Positions 8,182-17,589 of a stretch of 64,000 nucleotides of DNA are shown here, in pieces. The stretch comes from Candidatus Kryptoniota bacterium (lineage in GTDB: Bacteria > Bacteroidota > Ignavibacteria > Kryptoniales > JAKASW01), in assembly GCA_046706365.1 (NCBI GenBank), contig JBJKPN010000183.1:1818-65817 (forward strand). The letters run 5' to 3'. The translations under genes were made by a program, and so were the position numbers. The stretch's first letter is position 1. Each line of letters begins with the position of its first letter. The notes beneath the pieces were generated by a model that was not told the origin of the DNA, made no database searches, and was given only the letters and a program-made list of their open reading frames with translations.

Positions 8182-10286
8182 AACATCCTGAACCTTACGA
8201 TACCCTGCCTGGGCATCGAGTCCACCAGCTCATTTCCCCGATAAATTGAAAGTGTAAATGCCGCTTCGTCCGTTCTCGGGTACCCTCCCCCGATCGAGAT
8301 TAGAACCGTCTCGCCGCCAATCCTGTATTCGGCCGAGATCTTTCTCGCGGCACCGTTCGATTCGTATCGCAAAACGAGTCCGTCGCCGATTTGAAGACTT
8401 ATCCTCTCCGGAGCGAAAAATTCAACAACTATTCTTTCCGTAGATAACGGCTGCGTCGTGTCGATGCGCAAATAGAGTTTTTCCTTGTCGCTGCCGAAGT
8501 AGACCCTCTTGATCTGCAATCCTGTCTTCTGCATGGCGCCGGTCTCTTCCGTGTGCTCCACAAACCCCGCATTTTCCCAATCGTTCTCTCTCGCTCTGTC
8601 GAAGCGCGGCGAAATCGTCCTGAGAGGCTGCCTGTAATTTAACTGCTCGGATTTCCGCTTGATTGGTATGTCCAGCCCGGGTGGAGACACGGCTCCGAGC
8701 TTAATATAGAACTCTTTCAGGTTGTACCTGAACAGCTTGTCAAATTCACCCGCCTGCGCAGACTTGTGTTCGTCTCCGTACCACCAGCACCAGTCGGACC
8801 CTTCCGCAATTAAGATTTGTCTGTAAGCTTCTTTCATTTTTTTCGCTGGCAGGTTCTTCGACTTTCTGCCGAATGCCTCGCGCGCATCGTAAAGAAGGTC
8901 CCAGGCTTTGTTGTCCTCCTGCTGGCCGATCCAGATGTCGAAATTGGAGTTTATCCATGAGCCCGGCTCGATGTGCCTGATCACATTGCGGGGTTTAGTC
9001 TCCATGCCGGCGGGGAGTACTGTCTCAAGCCTGTCCTCGCCGCTCAGCAAATAATAGAGCGTGCGGAGAAAATCTTTGCCGTCGCTTTGGTAAAACTCCC
9101 AGGCATTCTCGCCGTCCAGTATGATCGGAACCACGGCATGTTCAAGGCCTTCATCGCCGTACCTCGTTATGATGGCATCTCTGATTTTCAGAAGTCTGGA
9201 AATCATATTATGCGCAGCATCATCCGGACTCCACCGGGAATAGACGAAACCTATCAGGTCGGAAAGGCCATGGTCTCTGAAGAATATCCGTATTCTACCG
9301 TTATCGCCAACGAAATCATACGGGAAGTACTTCTCGAGGAAATCGTTTGACACCGGTTTGCCTGCGGCGGCGAGGGTTTTGTGCAGGATGGCCTCGTCCG
9401 TCGCGGTCCACGCAACGCCATTTTTGATAAGTATTTTAAGGGCTTCGTCGCTGACCGATCCTTCGCTCGGCCACATTCCCTTAGGACGGACGCCGAATGT
9501 CTTCTTGCCGTATTCGAGAGCAGAGTTGACCTGGTATTCGGCATCCTCGGGGCGGCGATACCGGCGGGTAGGCAGGGTTGCCTTTGGATTTGCCCTAGTG
9601 GCAATATTGCTGTCGCACAGGAGCGGCAGTATCGGATGATAGAATGGCGAGACGCTTATGGCAATTTGCTTCCGCCTGGCGGCCTCGATATGCGACGGGA
9701 AAATTCTTGCCATAATTTCGAGGTGTGCATCCAGCAGGCTTTGTTTTTCCTCCTCGGTAAAGTCCTTTTTCTTCTCGAGGTAATGTTTGAACGGAGGATC
9801 GAACCGGGAATACTCGCCCACCCAGGCGAGGTTCCACCATACCTGAAGGTCACGAAACTCCTGCGTCGTGAATCTCCCGGCTGCGGCGTATATATCGCGT
9901 TCGGTCGCGCCGGCTCCGCGTTTCTCGAGGAGCTGGTCGTACCGGGAATACCGCTTGATCATGCGGTCGGTGTTCGCCATGAAGAAAGTGTTGACGGCGC
10001 TTATTTTCTCCTGCTCGGTGAAAGCGGCCGGGTCCTTTCGGGACAAAGCTAGAGCAGCATCTGTGGCCCCGTGATCCACATACTCGTTTATCTGTTCGAT
10101 CAGGGAGGGGGCGAAGTTGAATGTCTGTTTTATCCTCGGGTAATCGTCAAGGATCCGAACCATATCCCAATAGTCCTTGACGGCATGCATCCTCACCCAT
10201 GGAAGCAGAAAAGAGCCGTCGGCTTTATAGTACGGTTGATGGTGATGCCACAGAAACAGAATTTTCAGTCGTGCTTTGTCAGTCAT
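8175..10286 (-). CDS. glycoside hydrolase family 57 (alpha-glucan-active enzyme)
   Basis: N-terminal 'FLWHHHQPYY' and 'DGENAWEFY' motifs typical of GH57. ATGA overlap with the upstream GWxTD gene. Confidence 0.85.
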   Translation of the reverse strand: MTDKARLKILFLWHHHQPYYKADGSFLLPWVRMHAVKDYWDMVRILDDYPRIKQTFNFAPSLIEQINEYVDHGATDAALALSRKDPAAFTEQEKISAVNTFFMANTDRMIKRYSRYDQLLEKRGAGATERDIYAAAGRFTTQEFRDLQVWWNLAWVGEYSRFDPPFKHYLEKKKDFTEEEKQSLLDAHLEIMARIFPSHIEAARRKQIAISVSPFYHPILPLLCDSNIATRANPKATLPTRRYRRPEDAEYQVNSALEYGKKTFGVRPKGMWPSEGSVSDEALKILIKNGVAWTATDEAILHKTLAAAGKPVSNDFLEKYFPYDFVGDNGRIRIFFRDHGLSDLIGFVYSRWSPDDAAHNMISRLLKIRDAIITRYGDEGLEHAVVPIILDGENAWEFYQSDGKDFLRTLYYLLSGEDRLETVLPAGMETKPRNVIRHIEPGSWINSNFDIWIGQQEDNKAWDLLYDAREAFGRKSKNLPAKKMKEAYRQILIAEGSDWCWWYGDEHKSAQAGEFDKLFRYNLKEFYIKLGAVSPPGLDIPIKRKSEQLNYRQPLRTISPRFDRARENDWENAGFVEHTEETGAMQKTGLQIKRVYFGSDKEKLYLRIDTTQPLSTERIVVEFFAPERISLQIGDGLVLRYESNGAARKISAEYRIGGETVLISIGGGYPRTDEAAFTLSIYRGNELVDSMPRQGIVRFRMFQ

Positions 10287-11581
10287 CTTCCGAAAAAGTC
10301 AGATGCCGATGGAGGCGGGTATCCGTCTGCGATCGGCAACAGGAGCCTGTAGTCGCCGAATCCGGTCTCGTCCAGAAAGACGAAATGCCGGTTTCTCTGG
10401 AAATAGTGCCACACCTCGTAGGGTTTCGAGTCTATGTTGAACGGGTGTCTGTCCACGGAATTCGGCGGGCCCATAAGGATGTAGATCATTCCCATGTCGC
10501 TTTTCCATCCGTTCCTGAAATGGGTGAAATGCTGGTTTGCGTACGCAACCCGGTTGAAATATTCTTCCATTACGGGGTTCGTCTTCGAAGAGGGGTTGGG
10601 GTTGTGTTCCTGCCAGAACCTCAGGAATATCCTTTCCTTGGCGAGCATGTCGGATGCATGTTTAATACTGTCGATTGTTCTCATGTCCGAAACATACAGC
10701 ATTTCTTCTGCCGCCTCGTCGAGGCTCGTTATCGTGAGAGGCAATTCAGGGAAGTGGATCGAGAAGAACCGCGAGGCATTTGCGACGACCCGGGCATCTT
10801 TTCCGGCGGAGTGCTTCAGTGAGACGGCGAGCCGATAAACACCCATCGGGATGGAGCTCTTCGGAACGCTAGTAAAGGCCTTTTGCACCGTGTCGGTCAG
10901 CTTCAACCAGGAAGCGTCTGAATGGAAGAGCTTGTTCTTCTCCCCGATTATCTCGGTCAGAACAAGAAGCGAGTCTCCTGCCTCCGGCGAATAGACTTCG
11001 TAAAACACCGGAAAAGAGTCTTTCTCCGATATCACGTTTCCCTCGATGTTCGGTATGATCGTATATTTTCCCTCCGACTGGGTCGAACTCATAAGCAGCA
11101 TAACATCGGAGATCGACGGTTCCGGACTCGAATAATCTCTCGCAACGAAGTTTCGCTTTGCCACATACGTCCGGTTAGTCTCGGAATCGGTGACCGTCAC
11201 CTGCAGTGTGTAGGAACCGGGAATGACGTTGAAGTGGCGGTACGTTACCGAGAATATCTTGTCGCTGAGAGTCTCATCGAAGCTGGGACAGGAGACCCGT
11301 TCGTCCCAGGCCTGTTCGAGGGCAGGGTTTCCCTGATCGTCCGTCATATGCAGGAAGACTTCATACGATGCGGTAAACTCGTTGCCGGTCTTCAGGAACT
11401 GAAGTTCGTTGTACGGAATCTGGAAATAGAAATCCAGCCTGCTCTGATCCGGCCCGGATTTGAAGTTCAGCGCGTCGAAGAAGAAATGGGGCGGGGAATA
11501 TGAATGAACGCGTTGAAGCTCAACCTGGGCCCAAACCGGGATTGCGGTCAGAAGACACAGAAGAAGTGCCTTTTTCATCAT
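10283..11581 (-). CDS. GWxTD domain-containing secreted protein
   Basis: Signal peptide 'MMKKALLLCLLTAIPVWAQ'. C-terminal 'GWKSDMGMIYILMGPPNSVDRHP...YEVWHY' matches the GWxTD domain. Confidence 0.8.
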   Translation of the reverse strand: MMKKALLLCLLTAIPVWAQVELQRVHSYSPPHFFFDALNFKSGPDQSRLDFYFQIPYNELQFLKTGNEFTASYEVFLHMTDDQGNPALEQAWDERVSCPSFDETLSDKIFSVTYRHFNVIPGSYTLQVTVTDSETNRTYVAKRNFVARDYSSPEPSISDVMLLMSSTQSEGKYTIIPNIEGNVISEKDSFPVFYEVYSPEAGDSLLVLTEIIGEKNKLFHSDASWLKLTDTVQKAFTSVPKSSIPMGVYRLAVSLKHSAGKDARVVANASRFFSIHFPELPLTITSLDEAAEEMLYVSDMRTIDSIKHASDMLAKERIFLRFWQEHNPNPSSKTNPVMEEYFNRVAYANQHFTHFRNGWKSDMGMIYILMGPPNSVDRHPFNIDSKPYEVWHYFQRNRHFVFLDETGFGDYRLLLPIADGYPPPSASDFFGR

Positions 11582-11592
11582 GGCATACCTCC

Positions 11593-12879
11593 TCAGATAA
11601 CGGTGCCGTAGAGGTCATGCTCGTAACCTTCGTCAATTGTGACCTCCGCAAACCTGCCGATCTCCAACGGCCTGCGGGATGTTACTACGACCTCCGAATC
11701 GATTTCGGGCGCGTCATGGCTTGTCCTGCCGATGTAGTTCTTCTGTTCCTTCCTGTCGATGAGAACGGTTGTCTGTTTCCCGACCATCCTATCGTTCAAA
11801 TCCGCAATGATCCGGCGCTGCGCCTCCATAATGAGCGCCTGTCTTCGTTCTTTTTCTTCCTGGGGGACGGGATCGCCCAATTGGGAAGAAGTAGTGCCGT
11901 CCTCCTGAGAGTATGTGAAAGCTCCAAGCCTCTCGAACTTGAACTCGTTAACGAACTTGTAAAGCTCGTCGAATTCCGTTGCGGTTTCTTCAGGGTAACC
12001 GACTATAAGCGTCGACCGGATCGCCACTCCCGGCACCTTCTCGCGTATCTTGTTGAGAAGCTCCTCCAGCTTGTGTCTCGTAATCCCGCGCCGCATCGAT
12101 TTCAGAACCCTGTCAGATATATGCTGTATTGGAATGTCGATGTAGTTGCAGATCTTTTCATTGTCCCTCATCACATCGAGCAAAGCTTCGGGAAACTTGG
12201 CAGGATAGGCATACATCAGTCTTATCCACTTGATACCGTCTATGCATGACAGCTTTTCCAATAGAGTCGCGAGCTCTCGTCTGCCATATATGTCCAAACC
12301 GTAATAAGTCGTGTCCTGAGCGACGACTATGAGTTCTTTGACACCCTTGGCAGCGAGCAGCTCCGCCTCGTGGACAAGCTGTTCCATAGGCGCAGAAACG
12401 TGTCCACCTCGCATGATGGGTATGGCGCAGAACGAGCAGGGGTTGTCGCAGCCTTCGGAAATTTTGAGGTAAGCGTAGTGGTTCGGAGTGGAGAGTTCGC
12501 GGTCGCCGAGCATCTCATATTTATATTCCGCCCCGAGTTCATTCAGCAGTTCCTTCAACTCACCCGTTCCATAGAACGCGTCGATCTCTTTCAACCCCTC
12601 CTTCAGCTCGTTCCTGTATCTCTCAACGAGGCAGCCGGTGACGACCACCTTCCTGAGCTTTCCGTTGCTTTTGTGCCGGGCCACCTGGAGCATCGTTTCG
12701 ATCGACTCTCTTTTCGCGGCATCTATGAAGCCACAGGTATTGATAACCGCTACCTCCGCCTCGTGTGTGGAACTGACGATCGAATGGCCGTTGGCTTTCA
12801 ACTGTGCGGCAAGTACTTCGCTGTCGACCTCATTCTTGGGACATCCAAGCGTGATAATATGAACTCTTTTCTCACTCAC
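11593..12879 (-). CDS. rimO: ribosomal protein S12 methylthiotransferase
   Basis: N-terminal 'ITLGCPKNEVDSE' (UPF0004), radical-SAM 'CSFCAIP' and a C-terminal TRAM-like region. Confidence 0.9.
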   Translation of the reverse strand: MSEKRVHIITLGCPKNEVDSEVLAAQLKANGHSIVSSTHEAEVAVINTCGFIDAAKRESIETMLQVARHKSNGKLRKVVVTGCLVERYRNELKEGLKEIDAFYGTGELKELLNELGAEYKYEMLGDRELSTPNHYAYLKISEGCDNPCSFCAIPIMRGGHVSAPMEQLVHEAELLAAKGVKELIVVAQDTTYYGLDIYGRRELATLLEKLSCIDGIKWIRLMYAYPAKFPEALLDVMRDNEKICNYIDIPIQHISDRVLKSMRRGITRHKLEELLNKIREKVPGVAIRSTLIVGYPEETATEFDELYKFVNEFKFERLGAFTYSQEDGTTSSQLGDPVPQEEKERRQALIMEAQRRIIADLNDRMVGKQTTVLIDRKEQKNYIGRTSHDAPEIDSEVVVTSRRPLEIGRFAEVTIDEGYEHDLYGTVI

Positions 12880-12994
12880 GACATAATTTAGCTCCGTAGT
12901 CTCTGGTTTTCAATAAAACGCAATCAGTCCCGGGTTCGACCAGAAGAATATGCCGGATTTTGACCGGTGGTTACGGCTACCTCGAAAAGCACTT

Positions 12995-13110
12995 AAAAAT
13001 GTCGGATTGACATTCTCCCGGAGGGGCGATCGCTGCTGGGTGCAAACCGGATCTTCGCTTCCATTCCGGGCTTGACGGCTTTGCCAGCAGCTCCCTTCGC
13101 GCCGGAGCAG
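12995..13110 (-). ncRNA. ffs: candidate 4.5S/SRP-like RNA: ~93-nt imperfect hairpin followed by a small terminator
   Basis: Minus-strand RNA folds as CUCCGG...GCUGCUGG-CAAAGCCG-UCAAG-CCC-GGAA-UGG-AAGCGAAGAU-CCGGUUUG-...CCAGCAGC...CCGGGAG. The apical part 'GUCAAGCCCGGAAUGGAAGCG' resembles SRP domain IV 'GUCAGGUCCGGAAGGAAGCAG'. It is followed by hairpin AUGUC-AAUCC-GACAU plus a U-run (12995-13013). The closing pair next to the GGAA loop is a C.U mismatch, so the call is tentative. Confidence 0.35.
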
Positions 13111-13480
13111 CCGGCTTTTTCCGATTTCCTTGCTTGTAGGAGTTGTATGTCATACATTTTTTAGAAAGCGTGTGTGATGCCCGAAGTACATTACCAAGAC
13201 GGATACCGAACGAACCGGTTCGAGGTAAAAAGAGGGGATTTACTCGGAACATAGCTGTTCAGATGTGATGTTGAGTCATGGTATGTGGGTCAGGCATCCT
13301 GATTTTTCAGGAGATTTTTGACAATTATCCGGCTCACAAGTGCGACGATGCCAGTACTACGGTACGAGATAGAGCGGCCAAATTTGCCCTCAAGTGCGTC
13401 ACCGGTGCCGCACACCGACCGGATTTTATTGCCGACCCTGATGAAATGCTCAGGCGACCACCAATGGAGAATACCGGGTC

Positions 13481-16400
13481 ATGAAAGGACGAACCTCGGC
13501 GGCTGAAACTGGGTTTCGATTGTTGTTCGACGCAAATCCCCAACCGATGCTGGTTTACAATATCGCGTCGCTCGAAATACTCGAAGTAAACGATGCCATA
13601 ATCTCAAAGTATGGATACTCCCGTGACGAATTCCTCTCCATGACGCTGAAGGATATCCATCTTGAAAACGATGCAGCGCGACTGGAAAAATTTGTGCATG
13701 GGCCCAGATCCAATCTGCGCGCTTCAGGCGAATGGAAACATCGGCTGAAGAACGGTACGATAATCGATGTGGAGATAACCTCTCACACACTCGAGTTCGG
13801 GGGGAAGAAAGCCGCGATGATTGTGGCTTACGATATCACGGACCGCAAGAGGACCGAAAGAGCTCTTAGAGAAAGGGAAGAGCTTCTTTCGGCAATAGGC
13901 GGCATGGCAAAGGTCGGCGGTTGGGAATTCGATGTCCAAACGCTGAAGGGAACCTGGACTGAGGAAGTCGCGAAGATTCATGACCTGGATCCCGGGATGG
14001 AAACAAACGTCGAAATGGGTCTTAGTTTTTACAGGGAGGAATCCCGGGAAAGAATCGAATCGGCAATCAAGAAAGCGATTGAAACGGGAAAGCCTTACGA
14101 CCTCGAGCTGGATATGACAACGGCAAAAGGCAATCATAAGTGGGTAAGGACGATTGGTGTGCCGGTAAAGGTTGGGGGGCGGGTCGTCAAGGTCAGAGGG
14201 TCGTTTCAGGATATCACCGAACTCAAGGAAGCGGAAAAGGCCCTGGGCCATTACAGGCTCCTCGCAAATCACGCGAAAGACATTATAGTATTCACGCGTC
14301 TCACCGACAGGCGCATCATCGAGGCAAATGTCGCCGCCGAGAAGGCATACGGCTATACAAGAGACGAACTGTTGTCCATGTCTGTGGATGATATCCGATA
14401 CCCCGGTGAGAAGGGATGGACATCGAGCGAGGAGACACAAGCCGGTAAGAACGGCATCCTTTTCGAAACGGTTCATATCAGGAAAGACGGCACGCCCTTC
14501 CCGGTCGAGGTGAACTCGCGAGTTATCGAAATCGAGGGTGCCCCTACGGTCATCAGCGTCGTCCGGGATATCACCCGCCGAAGAGAAGGAGAGTCAAGAC
14601 TCAGAAGGCAGGAACAGATACTCAGGTTGTTCGTGGAGAATAGTCCGGCCGCCGTTGCGATGTTGGACCGCGAGATGAAATATGTCGTGGTTAGCAGGAG
14701 GTTCGTCTCGGATTACCGGTTGGGCGACCAGGAGCTGATCGGCCGCTCGCATTACGATGTATTTCCCGAAATCCCCGAACGGTGGAGAGAAGTTCATAAG
14801 CGATGCCTCGCCGGCAATGTTGAGAAAAGCGACGAGGATCTGTTTCCGCGGCCCGACGGGAGTGCTCAGTGGGTGAGATGGGAAGTTCGACCCTGGTATG
14901 AGGATGCGGGACAAATCGGCGGAATCATCATATTCTCCGAAGTAATAACAGAGCAGAAACTTGCAGCCGAGGAGCTTGAGTTGAGCAGGCAGCGCCTCGT
15001 GGGGCTCATCAATTCAGTCATGGACGGGATCATAAGCCTCGACGAAAACCACAAGATCATTCTTTTTAATCCTGCCGCCGAAAAGATGTTCGGTGTTGCC
15101 GCTGCCGATATGATGGGAAAAACTCTCGACAGCCTGATACCGGATAGATTTCGAGGGAAGCATCCCGGGCAGATAGCCGCGTTCGGTCAACCTGGTGGGT
15201 CGAGCTATTCGCGCCATATGATGGGGATGAGGATTATTGCCGGTCTCAGGAAAGGCGGCGAGGAGTTCCCGATGGAGGCGTCAATTTCCAAGATCGAGGT
15301 CGCCGGGAAGAAAGTATATACGGTCATCCACCGGGATGTGACGGAACAGCTAAGGTCCAGGGAGGAATTACGGGAGAGCGAGGAGAAGTACAGAACATTA
15401 TACGAAAACAGTACAGTTGGCATATACAGGACAACCCCCGAGGGAAGAATACTCCTCGCTAATCCGGCGCTGGTAAGGATGCTTGGCTATTCCACTTACG
15501 ACGAGCTTTCCACTCGTAATCTGGAGATGAGCGGCTTCGAGCCATCGTACGAACGGTCCGAGTTTATTAAAACGATCGAGTCCGACGGGATGGTGAGAGG
15601 CTTGGAGTCGGCTTGGACGAAGTTGGACGGGACGGTAATCTATGTGAGGGAGAGCGCCCGTGCGATTCGCGGACCTGACGGCAGAACGATCTACTACGAC
15701 GGCGTCGTCGAGGATATCACTGAGCGGAAGCTGTCTGAAGAGAGGATCAGAAGGCTGAACAGGGTTTACGCGGTCCTCTCCGACATCAACCAGACTATCG
15801 TTCGGGTGCAGGATAAGCAGCGGCTTTTCGAGGAAGCTTGCAGGATAGCTGTGGACGTGGGCAAGTTCAGGTTTGCCTGGGTTGGACTTGTAGACTCGGG
15901 CGATGGTTTTCTCAAACCCGCCGCTCAGTACGGCGAAGGCGGAAATCTCCTGGAAATGATAAGAATTTCCGCGAAGATGAAAGATATCGAGAAAATCGGT
16001 TCCATCGGATTTGCCCTGGGGATGGGACGGGGCGCTTTTCGAAACGATATTGAACATGACGGAATAAGCCTTCCGTGGCAGACCGCGCTTCTGAATTTGA
16101 AATTCAAGTCCTATGCTTCCTTTCCCCTGAAAACCGCTGAAGGAGTTTACGGTACATTCACCTTCTATTCCCCCGAGGTAGGTTTCTTTGACGAAGAGGA
16201 AATGAACCTACTTGAGGAATTGTGTTCGGATATCTCATATTCAGTCCAGAATATCGAACGTGAGGACCAACGCAAAAGCCTTCAAGCACAGCTCATACAA
16301 GCCCAGAAGCTGGAAAGTCTCGGTACGCTTGCAGGCGGCATTGCTCATGACTTCAACAATATACTTGGCATCATTATAGGCTATTCGCAGCTGCTCCAGA

Positions 16401-17494
16401 GGGAAAGCCCTGCAGCGGAGAGTGTCAACCGGAGCGCCGATGCGATACTAAAGGCCGCTTCGCGGGGGGCGGGGTTGGTGAAACAGCTCCTCACTTTTGC
16501 CCGGCGCGAGGATTCGTCTTTCGATCACATCCAGTTGAACGACATTGTGCTGGAGGTGTCGCGGTTGCTTAACGAAACCCTCCCGAAAACGGTTGTCGTT
16601 TCCACGGACCTCAAACATGATCTGCCCTACATCGACGCAGATCCGACACAGATTCACCAGGTTTTACTGAATCTTTGTATCAACGCCCGGGACGCGATGC
16701 CGAACGGAGGTGCGCTGGAGCTCTTCACCGGTATAGCCGGCGGAGAGACGGTAGCCGAGAAATTTTCGAATTCCAAGCGGGGCGAGTACGTCCTTCTGAG
16801 AGTGACCGACAGCGGCATGGGCATGGACGAGGCGACGAAACGAAGGATCTTCGACCCGTTCTTCACAACGAAGGAAATCGGCAAGGGGACGGGGCTCGGC
16901 CTCGCCTTAGTACACAGTATTGTCACTAACCACGGCGGCTTCGTATCCGTCGACTCGACTCCCGGACTTGGAACGACTTTTGAGATTTACTTTCCGGCGG
17001 GAGGAAGGGGAACGGTTACGAGCCAGCCTGCCGACGCCCAGGCATTGAATGCTCCCGAAGGGACAGGTATTGTCCTGGTTATCGAAGATGAAGAAATGCT
17101 CAGGGAGATTGTTCGGGCTGTCGCCGGGTCGAAAGGCTATGATGTCGTCTCCGCCCGGGACGGAGAAGAAGGAATCCAGCTATTCTCACAGCTTGGAAGT
17201 GAAATCGGCGGTGTCATTTCCGATCTCGGTCTTCCAGGCATTTCAGGATTCGAGACACTCGAAAAAATTAGGTCGTTGGATCCTGCAGTCAAGCTCGTTG
17301 CCGCCAGCGGCTATGTCGACCCGGAAACAGCGACAAAACTTGTCAAGATCGGTGTCACACAAATCCTGCACAAACCTTACTCGCCCAATGATATTGTACG
17401 CACTCTGGACGCTGTGCTGGGAGGGAATTCTGGCGATGCGGACCACGGCGGCACGGATGCACGGAGCCCTGGTCGCGGACGAACTCAACACTGA
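13481..17494 (+). CDS. hybrid sensor histidine kinase: multi-PAS/PAC, GAF, HisKA, HATPase_c, receiver
   Basis: Six PAC-end motifs of the D(I/V)T(E/D)RK type. H-box 'GGIAHDFNNIL', G-boxes 'DSGMGMD' and 'GKGTGLGLA', and a C-terminal receiver 'VLVIEDEE...ISDLGLPGISG'. Confidence 0.9.
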   Translation: MKGRTSAAETGFRLLFDANPQPMLVYNIASLEILEVNDAIISKYGYSRDEFLSMTLKDIHLENDAARLEKFVHGPRSNLRASGEWKHRLKNGTIIDVEITSHTLEFGGKKAAMIVAYDITDRKRTERALREREELLSAIGGMAKVGGWEFDVQTLKGTWTEEVAKIHDLDPGMETNVEMGLSFYREESRERIESAIKKAIETGKPYDLELDMTTAKGNHKWVRTIGVPVKVGGRVVKVRGSFQDITELKEAEKALGHYRLLANHAKDIIVFTRLTDRRIIEANVAAEKAYGYTRDELLSMSVDDIRYPGEKGWTSSEETQAGKNGILFETVHIRKDGTPFPVEVNSRVIEIEGAPTVISVVRDITRRREGESRLRRQEQILRLFVENSPAAVAMLDREMKYVVVSRRFVSDYRLGDQELIGRSHYDVFPEIPERWREVHKRCLAGNVEKSDEDLFPRPDGSAQWVRWEVRPWYEDAGQIGGIIIFSEVITEQKLAAEELELSRQRLVGLINSVMDGIISLDENHKIILFNPAAEKMFGVAAADMMGKTLDSLIPDRFRGKHPGQIAAFGQPGGSSYSRHMMGMRIIAGLRKGGEEFPMEASISKIEVAGKKVYTVIHRDVTEQLRSREELRESEEKYRTLYENSTVGIYRTTPEGRILLANPALVRMLGYSTYDELSTRNLEMSGFEPSYERSEFIKTIESDGMVRGLESAWTKLDGTVIYVRESARAIRGPDGRTIYYDGVVEDITERKLSEERIRRLNRVYAVLSDINQTIVRVQDKQRLFEEACRIAVDVGKFRFAWVGLVDSGDGFLKPAAQYGEGGNLLEMIRISAKMKDIEKIGSIGFALGMGRGAFRNDIEHDGISLPWQTALLNLKFKSYASFPLKTAEGVYGTFTFYSPEVGFFDEEEMNLLEELCSDISYSVQNIEREDQRKSLQAQLIQAQKLESLGTLAGGIAHDFNNILGIIIGYSQLLQRESPAAESVNRSADAILKAASRGAGLVKQLLTFARREDSSFDHIQLNDIVLEVSRLLNETLPKTVVVSTDLKHDLPYIDADPTQIHQVLLNLCINARDAMPNGGALELFTGIAGGETVAEKFSNSKRGEYVLLRVTDSGMGMDEATKRRIFDPFFTTKEIGKGTGLGLALVHSIVTNHGGFVSVDSTPGLGTTFEIYFPAGGRGTVTSQPADAQALNAPEGTGIVLVIEDEEMLREIVRAVAGSKGYDVVSARDGEEGIQLFSQLGSEIGGVISDLGLPGISGFETLEKIRSLDPAVKLVAASGYVDPETATKLVKIGVTQILHKPYSPNDIVRTLDAVLGGNSGDADHGGTDARSPGRGRTQH

Positions 17495-17589
17495 CGCCGT
17501 AAATACCCCTATATCCTGAAATCAGACTTTTCCTGTTGATAATGGCACACCGGGAGAATATCTTTTCCTGAAAAGTCATCGTTATATTC

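Noticed and set aside
13120-13480. Small ORFs (62-69 aa) and a tgtatg-t-cataca palindrome upstream of the first PAS kinase
   Set aside because: The ORFs overlap each other in different frames and have no RBS or motif. The palindrome is short (6-bp arms). This is probably just the promoter region.
13724-14476. 250-aa minus-strand ORF; similar cases at 26027..26791, 28253..28918, 43448..44260, 50842..51786, 36469..37248 and 57026..57808
   Set aside because: All lie inside, and antisense or out of frame to, genes with strong family motifs. None has an RBS, a start context or a recognisable domain.
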